From a virus (Duplodnaviria; Caudoviricetes), in the IMG/VR virus record IMGVR_UViG_3300031994_000079, positions 1-64,000 of that record: a stretch of 64,000 nucleotides of DNA; one strand, given 5' to 3'. This document shows positions 29,801 to 39,638 of this stretch, piece after piece. How positions within the stretch are numbered: the stretch's first letter is position 1; every line of letters starts with the position of its first letter. Both the position numbers and the translations under genes were made by a program. The notes under the pieces were generated by a model. That model saw only the letters and a list, made by a program, of their open reading frames with translations, was not told the DNA's origin and searched no databases.

Positions 29801-31123
29801 TTTAAATTAAGCGAGAAAATACAAAAACTTAAGGACAGTTTTGATAAGTTATTAACATCACTTGGTCTCACTACTGATAAGATGAAATTATTAAGACAAA
29901 TATGGGATTTAGTGTTTGAAGCACTTAGCAATACTGCTAAAGGTTTAGGTACGTATTTACTTGGTGCGTTTAGTAGCTTTACTACAATGCTATCAGGCGT
30001 TATTCAAATTGTAACTTCTATTATTGAAAACATAAAAGGTATATACAATCTCTTTGTAGGAGCTATAACTGGTGATACTGAACAGATGAAGCAAGGCATA
30101 GACCAGATGTGGGAGGCAATAAAATCCATATTCTCTGGCGCTATTGACTTCATTGTAGGATTATGCGAAGGTTTAATCAATCTTATACTTGCACCGTTCT
30201 ATAAGATAAAATATGAGCTTGTTGGTGACCCTATTGTAGTTGATATGTGGGAAGAAATCAAGCGTATATTTAATGATAGTATAGGTAAAGTAGTTGAATT
30301 TGTAACCAATCTTAAAGATGATGTAATCGAATTATTCCAGAAATTAAAGGAGAAGATTGACGAGAAGATAAAAGATATAAAAGCCAAATTCAAAGAGTTT
30401 GCGGATGATGTTAAACAGAAAAAAGAAGATATATCCAATAAAATAAAAGAACTTAAAGATAAGGTCATAGAACATTTCAACAATTTAAAGCAAAAGGTGA
30501 ATGATTTTAAAACTGATTGGGTTAATAAATTTAATGACATAAAACAGAAAGTAAATGATTTTAAGACTGATATGGATTCTAAGTTTACAAGTATAAAAAA
30601 TTCAGTCATAAAAGCTATTGAAGGTATAAAAGACGGTATAAAATCACCTATAAACTCGATTATCGGATTTTTTGAAAAGATGGTCAATGGTATTATAGAT
30701 GGATTTAATGGTTTAGGTAGTAAACTTAATGATTTTGAGTTTGATATACCTGATGCACTTGCAGAAAAATTTGATTTACCAAGTGAGTTCAGTTTAAGTA
30801 TACCTAAGATACCGAGAATATCTATACCTCGACTTGCACAGGGTGCCGTAATACCGCCTAACAAAGAGTTCTTAGCTGTACTTGGTGACCAGAAACGAGG
30901 TACAAATATAGAAGCTCCACTTGACACAATGGTACAAGCATTTAATATGGCTAATAGAGGTGGTAATGAGCAGGAGCTTAGATTATTACAGGAGCAGAAT
31001 GATTTACTCAGACAGTTGCTCCAAAAAGAATTTGGTATATCTGAAAGACAGATTTATAATAGTGTTATAAATCAGGATAATATCAGAAGAAAATCAACAG
31101 GTTATAGTGCGTTTGCTTATTAA
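26873..31123 (+). CDS. Tape measure protein
   Basis: 1416 aa, helical, W/F-spaced 11-aa repeats, C-terminal IPRLAQGAVIPPNKEFLAVLGDQ. Confidence 0.95.
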   Translation: MTDGLRDIIIKIVPELEDKDYKKHLQEMADNSKSAMEKAFRNLDKSVSLAFKDLEKGVAKGDSGWQSQIQNYLDTFKSMQDYMSKTGFLPNDVNTKLYQAYANIVKIHDEIISVGNAAQRNLAESKQQTEEYTKWKAGLDVLTKTWTNMNEKVAQYEDKLAKAEQVQPLKEQLTGKNVDQKIQNYAKYVEKIEEYNQRIAKLQAEASQARDFRNQPGRNEESRAAILRSIEQLESQIHMIENQRANTQKAMNSLGKANIPILKQIYELTKGDIRSVEQLEKELEKALEAAGRAKNEVDAKKSTEPERYTYDYDSYNKAQEYVKRLVNELIVAAQKTDELKKQADKTKTSFNQWRNAVWAASRVLGNIYTIGLDIARGARKIANFYMRVWNTAKKVLGVLKQWRKHITGTANEHSKSFKQMLKDIVRYSLGIRSLFALFRRLRGYIKEAFSAMAEQIPEVNAMLASLKSSLYALKGSLATAFEPILSAIAPALVRLIDLLAQAITYIGMFFAAFTGRNFVYKANKVAQTIGKAAGAAKELNKQLQGFDELNNLTSNNGGGGGGGDTPLAQFEKVDVPDWIKNLAQQLKDLWDRIIKPIKDAWAKVGDYVVEAWKRAFNSVKDLLYDIGRDFLTVWDKMGEHISEMFFLIVGDVGNIIANIADKIREAWNFVEDGQTESNGIRFWTAILSIVDAILTGVRKITLDIRNWTANINITPAMTAFVHWLESLVPITEMVMEILYQFWDRALKPILTWTFDGENSGVARFFQILADFNDNLDKEKIIEDLNKIWDAIGRFGINIGEGLLIFMERMLGYLSNWLNSDDFTQWCQDVADFLDGLKPEDLADDLEQVWRIIKNIAEWTWKAISYVIEHKDQILDALEKASEHLDVIAAIFLGGKLAIDVARFAANVALAAGAFGKFVSGISVAAGVIGPVAAVIAALAVAIASCVAAYGGLEGTIAKIKSVAKDVSDTLAKVAEKFKLSEKIQKLKDSFDKLLTSLGLTTDKMKLLRQIWDLVFEALSNTAKGLGTYLLGAFSSFTTMLSGVIQIVTSIIENIKGIYNLFVGAITGDTEQMKQGIDQMWEAIKSIFSGAIDFIVGLCEGLINLILAPFYKIKYELVGDPIVVDMWEEIKRIFNDSIGKVVEFVTNLKDDVIELFQKLKEKIDEKIKDIKAKFKEFADDVKQKKEDISNKIKELKDKVIEHFNNLKQKVNDFKTDWVNKFNDIKQKVNDFKTDMDSKFTSIKNSVIKAIEGIKDGIKSPINSIIGFFEKMVNGIIDGFNGLGSKLNDFEFDIPDALAEKFDLPSEFSLSIPKIPRISIPRLAQGAVIPPNKEFLAVLGDQKRGTNIEAPLDTMVQAFNMANRGGNEQELRLLQEQNDLLRQLLQKEFGISERQIYNSVINQDNIRRKSTGYSAFAY

Positions 31124-31135
31124 GGAGAAAAAGAT

Positions 31136-31549
31136 ATGGCTTTTAATGGAATATTATTAACAGTTGGCAATTATGATATAGATGGTACATACTATATAAA
31201 TTATAAATCTTATAATGCTACCGCCAATATTCAGGATATGGATAGTTTTAGAAATGCTAACGGTGTGTTAATAAGAAATGCACTTGAACATGTGCCTATT
31301 AAGATTGAATTTGAAACAAGAGAAAATCTTACTAATGCAGATGTGGCAGAATTTTGGGGTAGCATACGTTCTAATTTTTCAGAGCCGAAGGAAAGAAAAG
31401 CAAGTGTAACAGCATATATACCAGAATATGATGATTATATAACACAAGACTGTTATATACCAGACCCACAGTTTAAGATAAAACGAATTACACCAGACAC
31501 AAATATAATATACTATGAACCTATAAGAATAGCATTTATTGGCTACTAA
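31136..31549 (+). CDS. Distal tail protein
   Basis: Immediately after TMP; DMDSFRNANGVL.R motif. Confidence 0.75.
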   Translation: MAFNGILLTVGNYDIDGTYYINYKSYNATANIQDMDSFRNANGVLIRNALEHVPIKIEFETRENLTNADVAEFWGSIRSNFSEPKERKASVTAYIPEYDDYITQDCYIPDPQFKIKRITPDTNIIYYEPIRIAFIGY

Positions 31550-31576
31550 TGTTATAATCATTATAGAGGTGATTAT

Positions 31577-34500
31577 ATGATAAATGTAAATGAGCAGGTA
31601 AAACAAGCATATAGAAATTTTGGCTCAACAAAAAATATAAATATTGTCATGAGGGATAAAAATAATTATATCACCACATACTTATCTATGAATGATATAG
31701 TTGGCAATACATTTTCTTTTGAGCAGATATTAGAGCCGACCAATAGTCTTACATTTACAGGATGTAATGCGTCTGTACTTAAATTTAGAGCTAAAAATAC
31801 AGATATATCTCAATTTGAAGATGGATATATAATGGTATTTTTAGGTGTGGAAGTAGATGAAGAAAGTTATGAATACATAAATATATTTCATGGCATAATT
31901 GACAGTATAAAAAATACTACACCCATGCAAGCAAGTATGGATGTTGTTGCTTATGATTTAATGTATTACATAAATAAACTTGATGTTACATCATGGTATG
32001 ATACATTACCATTTACTTCAGGTTATGAACAATGTTTACCTTTAACAGCAATTAAAGGTTCTTTATTTACAGAAATAAATAATAGAGTAAGAACTAAATA
32101 TAACGTAAATATACAGTTTGCAGATTATAGTATGCCAAGCGATTCCATTTATTTTCCAAAAAATATAGATGATGAACATGTGTATGCTGGTGATGTGCTT
32201 AGATGGATATGTCAATTAAATGGTAGATATGCTCAGATGCGTGGCATAACATGCTATTTTTTACAACTAAAGAAAAATAGTTATTATCCGAGTGCGACAT
32301 TATATCCAAGTAGTGGATTATATCCAGGTGGTATGTCTGTACAGGAAAATATTCTTTCAACAAGTTATAAAATGGGGTCTTTGAATATTGAAAAATACAC
32401 AACAACTCCTATTGATGGTATCCAAATTATTGATAAGAATAATCAGCAAATAGCTTATGCAGGTGAAAATGCACCGCTTAATATATTCACAGTTAATGGT
32501 AACCCTTTTGTTTACAATCTGGAACAATCTAAATTAGATGCAATAGCAGAAAATTTGTATGAAGCAATACAAGGCATATCATATATACCTCTTAAATTTG
32601 ATATGATAGGTTTACCTTATCTTGAATGTGGAGATTATATAAACATTCAGGTAGGCAATACTATGAAATCTACCTATATTTTTCATAGAATTTTATCTGG
32701 TGAGCAAGCATTAACAGACCGTATAGAAACTAAAGGTGATGAATATTTACCAATATTTAAACCTAATACGGAAGATAAAATAAGAGAAGCTATATATAAA
32801 GCAAGAGAAGAAGCAAGGCATTTAATATCTGAATATGATGTTGCAGTCAATATCATGAATGACCTTGCTGTTAATGCAATGGGTGGTTATCAGAATTATG
32901 AAGAAGCAGAAACAGGTGGCAGAATATATTATCTTTCAAACAGACCTATTATTAAAAATGCACAAGGTCAATGTGTGTTTGAAATAGGCGCCACAGTATT
33001 CAAATCTGGTGGTGATGGTTTATATGTGTCCCTTGATGGAGGTACAACATGGACAAACGGTTATAATGCAACTACTGGTAGATTAGTTGTTAATGTTCTT
33101 AATGCAATTGGCATTAGTGCAGATTGGATTATAGCGGGTTCATTAGTTGCTGATAGAATACGTGGTGGTTCTTTGATGATTGGTGGTGTTAATGATGAAC
33201 TTGGTAAGATAGTAGTATGTCCTACTGAAGGAACTGCTATTGGTTCATCATTCTTTCCAGGTAGTGAATTAGATATTTATATCGTTAATGAAAACTCCTC
33301 AAAAGTATTTAAGTCTAAAGGTACAGCTACTCATACAGCAGACCAGTATATAAATGATTTATTTACACAACCAATAAATATATTTACAAGTGCGACATTT
33401 ACAATGTATTCTGGTACAACACATGACCCGCAATTATCAAGTAGAGATGTATATGAAATAGATGTATCTGGATTTACTTATCCTACATATATAGTGATGA
33501 TGAAAGGCACAAATTCACTATATAAAGATGGTGTTGTTATTATATCAGAGCATACTTTTTCAGGTAGTTACACACGAAAAAGTTATAATATTGGCGCAAG
33601 TACACCGTGGACTACACGAACTATTACTATCTCACCTGACGGTAATGCCACTTATGGTGGTAGAACAATTTATTTTGATTTTATATATAACGCCTCTGAT
33701 TTCTTTGATTATGTTGATGATTATGATATGGATTATACTGAATATAATCTTACAGGAACTATTACCAATAAAGATTTTTGTCAGCAATTAGGCTATATAG
33801 TATTTGATGGTAATATAGTTGAGCCCGCACATACTGAAACATATAGAGTAAATGGTTTATGTGCTTTAAGCATAGATGTATCAAATATAGTATCAGTATC
33901 AAATTATGATGGTATATGTCAAATTTATAAAACCGTAGATGGCGGTGAAACGTATGCAATATTAGATGAACTTGAACTTAAAGAAGGTTTGAATTTCTTG
34001 AATGTTGTATTTGATTTACCGACTTTATATGCAAACACACAATTTTATAAGATTGTATTAGGTGCACCACGCAGTAGTACCTCAGTTTATAATTTTGCAT
34101 TAACCAGTTATTCTTTTATAACAAATATAGACCGTAATGGTATAACAACTTCACGTATAAATGCAACAGGTGGTAATTTTGGTATCATGGAAATTGATTC
34201 AAGTGAAGATGAACCTTATATAAAAATACCAACTGATATAATCATATGTGAAATAGATACGGAATATAGTAAGAACTTCACTAAATATTATAACTTTATT
34301 CCCTATGCAGAAGGATGGGAAGATGATGGTACTATATCATATGACTTTTCTTCTGATAATTCTGATTTACCTTATATTTGTCGGTTACAATTACAGCGTA
34401 GAGCCGCAGATGAAGCATGGTCAACATTAGAAACAATTTATCTTACAGAAGTTGGTTCCGCAGTTAAAAGAGTTAAACAAGAAGGTGTATGGGTATGGGT

Positions 34501-35599
34501 AGAGGACCCTGACCATGATGGTAAATTTAATACTGTTATAAACCATATGTGGGGTAAAAATTCAGGAGAAAGATACAGAATTTCTGTCTATATAAGGTAT
34601 GATTCTACTTATTGGTCTCCTCAAAAGATGGCGGCAACATTGAATGTATATGTTGATGATACGTATACTGTAAGTAAAATTACACAGACTGAAATAGTCG
34701 GCACTTTAAGAGGTAAATTTAATGGAATCGCTAATCTTACAGATTTAACCATAGGTGATTGGTTATATGACGAATATCATAATAGTTTTCGTTTTTCAGA
34801 TGATTCAACAATCACAGATATATCACCAACAGGTTTAGAAATACAAGATTCAAATAATGTTACATCGTATAGTAAGGATAGTGCATATTTTAATGATGGA
34901 ATTAATACAACAACATTATCCTTAGATGAATTAAAATTTGATGATAATGTGAGTAATTATTCAGAATTAACCTTAAATCATTTAGAGTTAAATGAAAGAA
35001 ATAATAATGTTGATTCTGCTTCGGAATTAACACCAAATTCATTAGCTTTTGTTGGAAATAGTACAGTTGATAATTCTGAATTTACTTTAAGTCATTTAGA
35101 ATTTTCATCAAGAGATAATTTGCATGGCACTACTAACTATGCCGATTTAACATTAAATAATTTAACTTTTGATAATAACACAGATGGTTATCACATGAGT
35201 ATAAATGCTTTGATATGTGATATAACCAGAAATATGAATTTTGGTTCAGAAAGTGTAAGTTGGATATCAGGTTCAGATAAACGTATCAAAGAGGATATAG
35301 AAAATCTGGATGTAAAGTTATCAAAAGAATTGATAGATAAAACACAACCTAAAAAGTTTAAGTTTAAATATCGTGATGGCAAACATTATGGAATGATAGC
35401 ACAGGAAACAAGAGAAGTCTTAGATTCTTTAGGAGAAACTGATTCCGAACTTGAATACTTGCAAGGCAATCTTAATGTTGAAGGTCAAAGAGCAATAAGA
35501 TATGAGGAATATATACCTCATTTAATTAACTATGTTAAGGAACTTAAAGCAGAAATAGATAGTCTTAAAAGTGAAATAAGATTATTGAAAGGAGAATAG
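31577..35599 (+). CDS. Tail hub/spike protein with C-terminal intramolecular chaperone (peptidase S74)
   Basis: Tal-like N-terminus, YPSATLYPSSGLYP motif, SDKRIKEDI...YGMIAQE...YEEYIPHL from about 35273. Confidence 0.88.
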   Translation: MINVNEQVKQAYRNFGSTKNINIVMRDKNNYITTYLSMNDIVGNTFSFEQILEPTNSLTFTGCNASVLKFRAKNTDISQFEDGYIMVFLGVEVDEESYEYINIFHGIIDSIKNTTPMQASMDVVAYDLMYYINKLDVTSWYDTLPFTSGYEQCLPLTAIKGSLFTEINNRVRTKYNVNIQFADYSMPSDSIYFPKNIDDEHVYAGDVLRWICQLNGRYAQMRGITCYFLQLKKNSYYPSATLYPSSGLYPGGMSVQENILSTSYKMGSLNIEKYTTTPIDGIQIIDKNNQQIAYAGENAPLNIFTVNGNPFVYNLEQSKLDAIAENLYEAIQGISYIPLKFDMIGLPYLECGDYINIQVGNTMKSTYIFHRILSGEQALTDRIETKGDEYLPIFKPNTEDKIREAIYKAREEARHLISEYDVAVNIMNDLAVNAMGGYQNYEEAETGGRIYYLSNRPIIKNAQGQCVFEIGATVFKSGGDGLYVSLDGGTTWTNGYNATTGRLVVNVLNAIGISADWIIAGSLVADRIRGGSLMIGGVNDELGKIVVCPTEGTAIGSSFFPGSELDIYIVNENSSKVFKSKGTATHTADQYINDLFTQPINIFTSATFTMYSGTTHDPQLSSRDVYEIDVSGFTYPTYIVMMKGTNSLYKDGVVIISEHTFSGSYTRKSYNIGASTPWTTRTITISPDGNATYGGRTIYFDFIYNASDFFDYVDDYDMDYTEYNLTGTITNKDFCQQLGYIVFDGNIVEPAHTETYRVNGLCALSIDVSNIVSVSNYDGICQIYKTVDGGETYAILDELELKEGLNFLNVVFDLPTLYANTQFYKIVLGAPRSSTSVYNFALTSYSFITNIDRNGITTSRINATGGNFGIMEIDSSEDEPYIKIPTDIIICEIDTEYSKNFTKYYNFIPYAEGWEDDGTISYDFSSDNSDLPYICRLQLQRRAADEAWSTLETIYLTEVGSAVKRVKQEGVWVWVEDPDHDGKFNTVINHMWGKNSGERYRISVYIRYDSTYWSPQKMAATLNVYVDDTYTVSKITQTEIVGTLRGKFNGIANLTDLTIGDWLYDEYHNSFRFSDDSTITDISPTGLEIQDSNNVTSYSKDSAYFNDGINTTTLSLDELKFDDNVSNYSELTLNHLELNERNNNVDSASELTPNSLAFVGNSTVDNSEFTLSHLEFSSRDNLHGTTNYADLTLNNLTFDNNTDGYHMSINALICDITRNMNFGSESVSWISGSDKRIKEDIENLDVKLSKELIDKTQPKKFKFKYRDGKHYGMIAQETREVLDSLGETDSELEYLQGNLNVEGQRAIRYEEYIPHLINYVKELKAEIDSLKSEIRLLKGE

Positions 35600-35601
35600 T
35601 T

Positions 35602-36264
35602 ATGGCATACGAGAAACAAACCTGGGTTGATTGGCCGAATACAAGTACACCAGTAGAAGCATCAAGACTTAATCATATGGAACAAGGTATATATGAAGCA
35701 TCAATGACTGGTGGTAGTGGAACTCATATATTTTATAAAAACGAAAGCGAAACACGTAGGTATTTTAAAATATTTGAGTATACTGATAATCAATATAGTT
35801 ATTGGCTTAAACCAATTACTATAAAAGGTACCAGTGGATTTTTTGGTAATTCGTTTAAAAAGAATTTTGATATACTGATTGATTTAAGAGCTACTGGTTC
35901 TACTGGTCATAATATAATAATGCATGGTATTGTTTCTAATGATGATGTTGGTGGTAGTGTAAACACTACTCATGCCGATATTATAACAGTATATAACAAT
36001 GGTGTTACAAGTATATATGTATATTGTATAAATCAGTATAGCTATGTTGATGCTGTAATATACGCTGAAAGAGGTAATATATTTACAGATTCAAGTGCTG
36101 TAACATCAATTACAGGTACTCAAAAATCAAAATTATCAGATTTAGAATCTGTTGATAAAATAGCTAATTTGATAAATGAACTTGAATTAGCAGTAAATGG
36201 AAAACAAGATAGTTTAATAATAGATTCAGATGGTTATATTGATTTAACAGAAGCAACAACATAG
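35602..36264 (+). CDS. Tail fibre/baseplate-associated protein
   Basis: N-terminus MAYEKQTWVDWPNTSTPVEASRLNHMEQGI is typical of these tail proteins. Confidence 0.7.
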   Translation: MAYEKQTWVDWPNTSTPVEASRLNHMEQGIYEASMTGGSGTHIFYKNESETRRYFKIFEYTDNQYSYWLKPITIKGTSGFFGNSFKKNFDILIDLRATGSTGHNIIMHGIVSNDDVGGSVNTTHADIITVYNNGVTSIYVYCINQYSYVDAVIYAERGNIFTDSSAVTSITGTQKSKLSDLESVDKIANLINELELAVNGKQDSLIIDSDGYIDLTEATT

Positions 36265-36332
36265 GATGAAATATAAACATTGTAATCCAGTGCTAAAAAT
36301 GTTAAAATAAAAGAGTAGAGGAGGGTATCAAA

Positions 36333-36554
36333 ATGATTAAACTCGTAAGTACATTTGGTGGAACAGGAGATGATAAAGCCTTAATGGTTTCACTCTTTGC
36401 TGATACCAAATCAGAGGTCACTAATTCTATCACAGGTGCTGATGTAGTAGGTATGGATGATGAAGTTGATATAGACAGTGGTTCTATCGTCCGTACTGCC
36501 GCATTTGATATAGCATCACTTAATAGTTCCCATGAGTGGGTATGGAAGGAGTGA
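36333..36554 (+). CDS. Small tail-region protein
   Basis: ORF track; RBS GAGGAGG; promoter at 36280-36308. Confidence 0.75.
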   Translation: MIKLVSTFGGTGDDKALMVSLFADTKSEVTNSITGADVVGMDDEVDIDSGSIVRTAAFDIASLNSSHEWVWKE

Positions 36555-36558
36555 TAGT

Positions 36559-36759
36559 ATGGCAAGACAGATGACAGAAGGAGAAGTAATCGCATTAGCT
36601 GCCGCATTTGGTGGTGGAAGCGGTGGTGGCGGTACAGGTGATGGTGATATGAAAAAGTCAGTATATGACCCCGATTTAGCTGTTAGGGATGCAGGCGGTA
36701 TTGAAGCATATGTAATAAATAAATTAACACCTGATAATAATGGATACATAAATATTTAA
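36559..36759 (+). CDS. Small tail-region protein
   Basis: RBS GGAG before ATG 36559; GDMKKSVYD motif common in tail fibre modules. Confidence 0.7.
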   Translation: MARQMTEGEVIALAAAFGGGSGGGGTGDGDMKKSVYDPDLAVRDAGGIEAYVINKLTPDNNGYINI

Positions 36760-36774
36760 GAAAGGAGAGTATAA

Positions 36775-37881
36775 ATGGCTGATAAAGATTTTAAGGGTTT
36801 TAAAAAAGATGAAGATACTTATAATTGTTATGACACCACTGCCCGCAGTAGTGTAAGTAGCTTAACATCAGCAGTCGGGATATTAGGTAGTAAAGTATCA
36901 AACCTTGAAAGTGTTACTTTAGGCTTGGAAAATGATATAGACAACATAGAAGAATCGTTAGGCACAGCCTCCACCAAAAACTCCACCTCAGTAGTCACAC
37001 AGAGTACAGACCTTGTTGAGAGTGGGGCAGTATTTGATGCATTGGGATTTGAGAATAAGAATTTACTGTTGATTACTGCTGTAAGTCAGACTATCAATAA
37101 CATTGCATTTACGGTAAATGATGATGGAACAATATCAACTGCGAATACAAGTAATGCGGATTGGTCTACGCTTGTATTAAATAGATTTGTTCTCCCAGCA
37201 GGTCAATATATAGTTAGTGGTTGTATTGGTGGTTCACAGCCTACTTACAGATTAGTAGTTGGTAAACAGGATGCTGAATTAGCTCTACTTTATGACGGCG
37301 AAGCGTTATTTGAGATATCAGAGGATACGGAAATATATGTTCAGATTACGGTAAGAACCGCTAACGTGGATATGAACGGTAAGAAATTTTATCCCATGAT
37401 AAGAAAAGCTACCGTAAGCGACCCGACCTACGTACCCTACCATGCAAGCGTAGAAGAAACTAAGTGCGACAACTCCACCATCGCACCCACAGAAAACGGT
37501 ACAACCGTACAGAAATCTGGTGGATATGCAGTAGGCAGTCATGCAATCCGTAATGGTGCTTTTATCACATGGAAAAATGCAAAGGCACAGGACGAAACTA
37601 TCAATGATGCGAGTGATTATACGAGTGGGGATGTGGCGAGTGCCTTAAATGGATTGATTAAATCTGATACGTTCGGCGGTATAACAGACGAAAACACAGG
37701 AGCATTGATTATATCAGGTTCTATTAAGCGAAAGATAGTATTCATTAACATAATTGGAAGATTGGGTTTTCCATATTTCAGAGGTGCAAATGTTGAATCT
37801 GGCGTTGTTGTTGTAAAGCCTAATGATTTTACCCCAGCAAAAGGAGAAACAGTAAACGGAACATATTATTATATTGATTAA
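36775..37881 (+). CDS. Putative tail fibre / receptor-binding protein
   Basis: Coiled coil, KNLL..TA..QTINNIAFTVNDDGTI beta-sandwich, YVPYH..., C-terminal head domain. Confidence 0.7.
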   Translation: MADKDFKGFKKDEDTYNCYDTTARSSVSSLTSAVGILGSKVSNLESVTLGLENDIDNIEESLGTASTKNSTSVVTQSTDLVESGAVFDALGFENKNLLLITAVSQTINNIAFTVNDDGTISTANTSNADWSTLVLNRFVLPAGQYIVSGCIGGSQPTYRLVVGKQDAELALLYDGEALFEISEDTEIYVQITVRTANVDMNGKKFYPMIRKATVSDPTYVPYHASVEETKCDNSTIAPTENGTTVQKSGGYAVGSHAIRNGAFITWKNAKAQDETINDASDYTSGDVASALNGLIKSDTFGGITDENTGALIISGSIKRKIVFINIIGRLGFPYFRGANVESGVVVVKPNDFTPAKGETVNGTYYYID

Positions 37882-37893
37882 GGAGGAAAAACA

Positions 37894-38154
37894 ATGTCAT
37901 ACGCAATTTTACAGGTAGCAGTAACAAAATCAACACAGGAGCAGTTTCCCGACGGTCTTATCACAAAGGTCGGGAATGACAGCTACGATTTAAACGGAGC
38001 AATCACTAAATGGCATCAGCAGTGTAACGCACTGAGAGGTGATGCCGACACTTACAAGTACAAGATCGCAGTTATGGACAGCAATCTTAATGTGGTTGGT
38101 AACTATGTTGAGTTCAACGATAAAGGTATTCCGAATCCTGAACCCGAAGAATAA
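37894..38154 (+). CDS. Hypothetical protein (possible fibre chaperone)
   Basis: ORF track; RBS AAGGAGG. Confidence 0.75.
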   Translation: MSYAILQVAVTKSTQEQFPDGLITKVGNDSYDLNGAITKWHQQCNALRGDADTYKYKIAVMDSNLNVVGNYVEFNDKGIPNPEPEE

Positions 38155-38195
38155 GTTACCCTATCAAATCACAGGGAATAGAAAGGGAATAATCA

Positions 38196-38423
38196 ATGGA
38201 TTACAAAGAGAGAATGAAAACTGAATATTGGGAAGTAAAAGACAGATATGAGAAACTTCATAAGATGTTGGTTAAGTATGATGCAGGAAAGCTTGAATTT
38301 ACACCAACATGCCCTATCGAGTTGTTAAAGGAACAGGCTTCTGTGATGGGAAGATATCTGTATATACTGGAAACAAGAGCAATCATAGAAGGCGTTGATT
38401 TGTTTGATAAGACAGAGGAATAA
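38196..38423 (+). CDS. Conserved phage hypothetical protein (crAss001_48-like)
   Basis: YKERM..EY.E.K.RYEKL..ML...LL..Q...M..YL.ILE.RA pattern. Confidence 0.7.
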   Translation: MDYKERMKTEYWEVKDRYEKLHKMLVKYDAGKLEFTPTCPIELLKEQASVMGRYLYILETRAIIEGVDLFDKTEE

Positions 38424-38426
38424 TCA

Positions 38427-38612
38427 ATGAAATACAGAAAAAAGCCTGTAATAATTGAAGCGTATCAGACTGATAAAGAAATGACAATTCATACCTTAGA
38501 AGGTGATATGAAGGCAAATGTTGGTGATTATATTATTACAGGGGTGAATGGAGAGCAGTATCCTTGCAAACCCGACATCTTCAAAAAGACATATGAAAAG
38601 ATAGAGGAATGA
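38427..38612 (+). CDS. Conserved phage hypothetical protein
   Basis: [11 protein letters not shown]...[28 protein letters not shown]. Confidence 0.85.
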   Translation: MKYRKKPVIIEAYQTDKEMTIHTLEGDMKANVGDYIITGVNGEQYPCKPDIFKKTYEKIEE

Positions 38613-38619
38613 ACCCAAC

Positions 38620-38734
38620 ACGCTTAAACGGTGGCGAGAATAGGTAGACGCTAAAGGGACGATAGATGATACCATACAGCTAATGGTCGCTAAAATCATC
38701 ATATAAGGTGCAAATCCTTATCCGTTGCGTACCA
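38620..38734 (+). ncRNA. tRNA-like RNA with non-canonical anticodon arm
   Basis: D-arm TGGCGAGAATAGGTAGACGC, T-arm ATAAGG-TGCAAAT-CCTTAT, paired ends AACGG/CCGTT and ACGC/GCGT, ending ACCA. Confidence 0.6.
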
Positions 38735-38749
38735 CGTTGGGTCTAATAT

Positions 38750-38856
38750 CAGATAATCAGTATTCGCAAATTAGCGTTTGGCAGGGCGATGTAATGGATG
38801 GTTGGCTCTGATTATCTGGCTGTATGGTGGGAATGGGGCAGAAATGTCCTGTTCCC
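38750..38856 (+). ncRNA. Second structured non-coding element
   Basis: Perfect 11-bp stem CAGATAATCAG/CTGATTATCTG and a GAAA-capped hairpin at 38829-38856. Confidence 0.4.
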
Positions 38857-39059
38857 TAACATGCAGTTTACCCCGAAAAGGAAAAAACATGGGAACAACA
38901 ATAGGAAAAATAAACATAGCTTTCATTGATAATGATTTGTTTTGGGGATTTGCTTTTCGCATTGGAAAGGATTGCAAAGATGGTAAATTCTACATGACAT
39001 TACAATTTGGAAGTGGAATGTTATATATCGATATATCGGGTTAAAGGGGAGTAAAGCCA

Positions 39060-39347
39060 ATGGAAAGTATAATATCAGCTTTAATCGGCGGTGCGGTTGC
39101 TGTGATTACTTGTCTGATAAACGACAACGTACAACGGACAAAAGAGCAACACGCAATCGAAATGAAAATAGCGGAAGTCAACGCCAACTATGACAAGCAG
39201 ACTGCCTTAATTACTCAGCAGATTGTATCTCTGACGGAGCATGTTAATAAGCACAATAACGTCATTGAAAGACTATATGACGTTGAAAAGCTGACTGTAC
39301 GGTTGCAGGATATGGTTAATGAGCTAAGAGAGGATGATAGGCGATGA
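39060..39347 (+). CDS. Membrane-anchored coiled-coil protein (holin/XhlA-like)
   Basis: N-terminal TM helix followed by coiled coil; lies in lysis region. Confidence 0.65.
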   Translation: MESIISALIGGAVAVITCLINDNVQRTKEQHAIEMKIAEVNANYDKQTALITQQIVSLTEHVNKHNNVIERLYDVEKLTVRLQDMVNELREDDRR

Positions 39348-39550
39348 GAAAAGATATACCAAGGTCGTTGACATTATATGTTGTGTTTTCCATAATGATG
39401 ATTCTACTCTATACGATTGTAGAACTTATAATCAGTACAGTATCAGGAATCTCACATGATACCTTGACCACCTGTTTTTATGGTGTTTTTGGTGGAGAGA
39501 TTTTATGCTGTGCTTTGATTAAAATATTCAAGTTGAAAAGGGGTGTATAA
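39344..39550 (+). CDS. Two-TM membrane protein (possible holin)
   Basis: Two hydrophobic segments and a basic C-terminus. Confidence 0.6.
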   Translation: MRKDIPRSLTLYVVFSIMMILLYTIVELIISTVSGISHDTLTTCFYGVFGGEILCCALIKIFKLKRGV

Positions 39551-39638
39551 ATGAGTGTTTTACTTGCCTTTGGTGGCATAATGGGATTTACATTATTTGG
39601 ATTATTGTTAGGAATAGTAATTGGAAAGGATGATGATT

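Noticed and set aside
30330-30610. Repeats in the tape measure gene as a novel element
   Set aside because: These are ordinary 11-residue amphipathic TMP repeats.
31577-38154. Diversity-generating retroelement targeting tail genes
   Set aside because: No reverse transcriptase and no template/variable repeat pair were seen.
38676-38682. tRNA-like RNA as an amber suppressor (CTA in its loop)
   Set aside because: CTA is off-centre in the 7-nt loop ACAGCTA, and no stem places it at positions 34-36.
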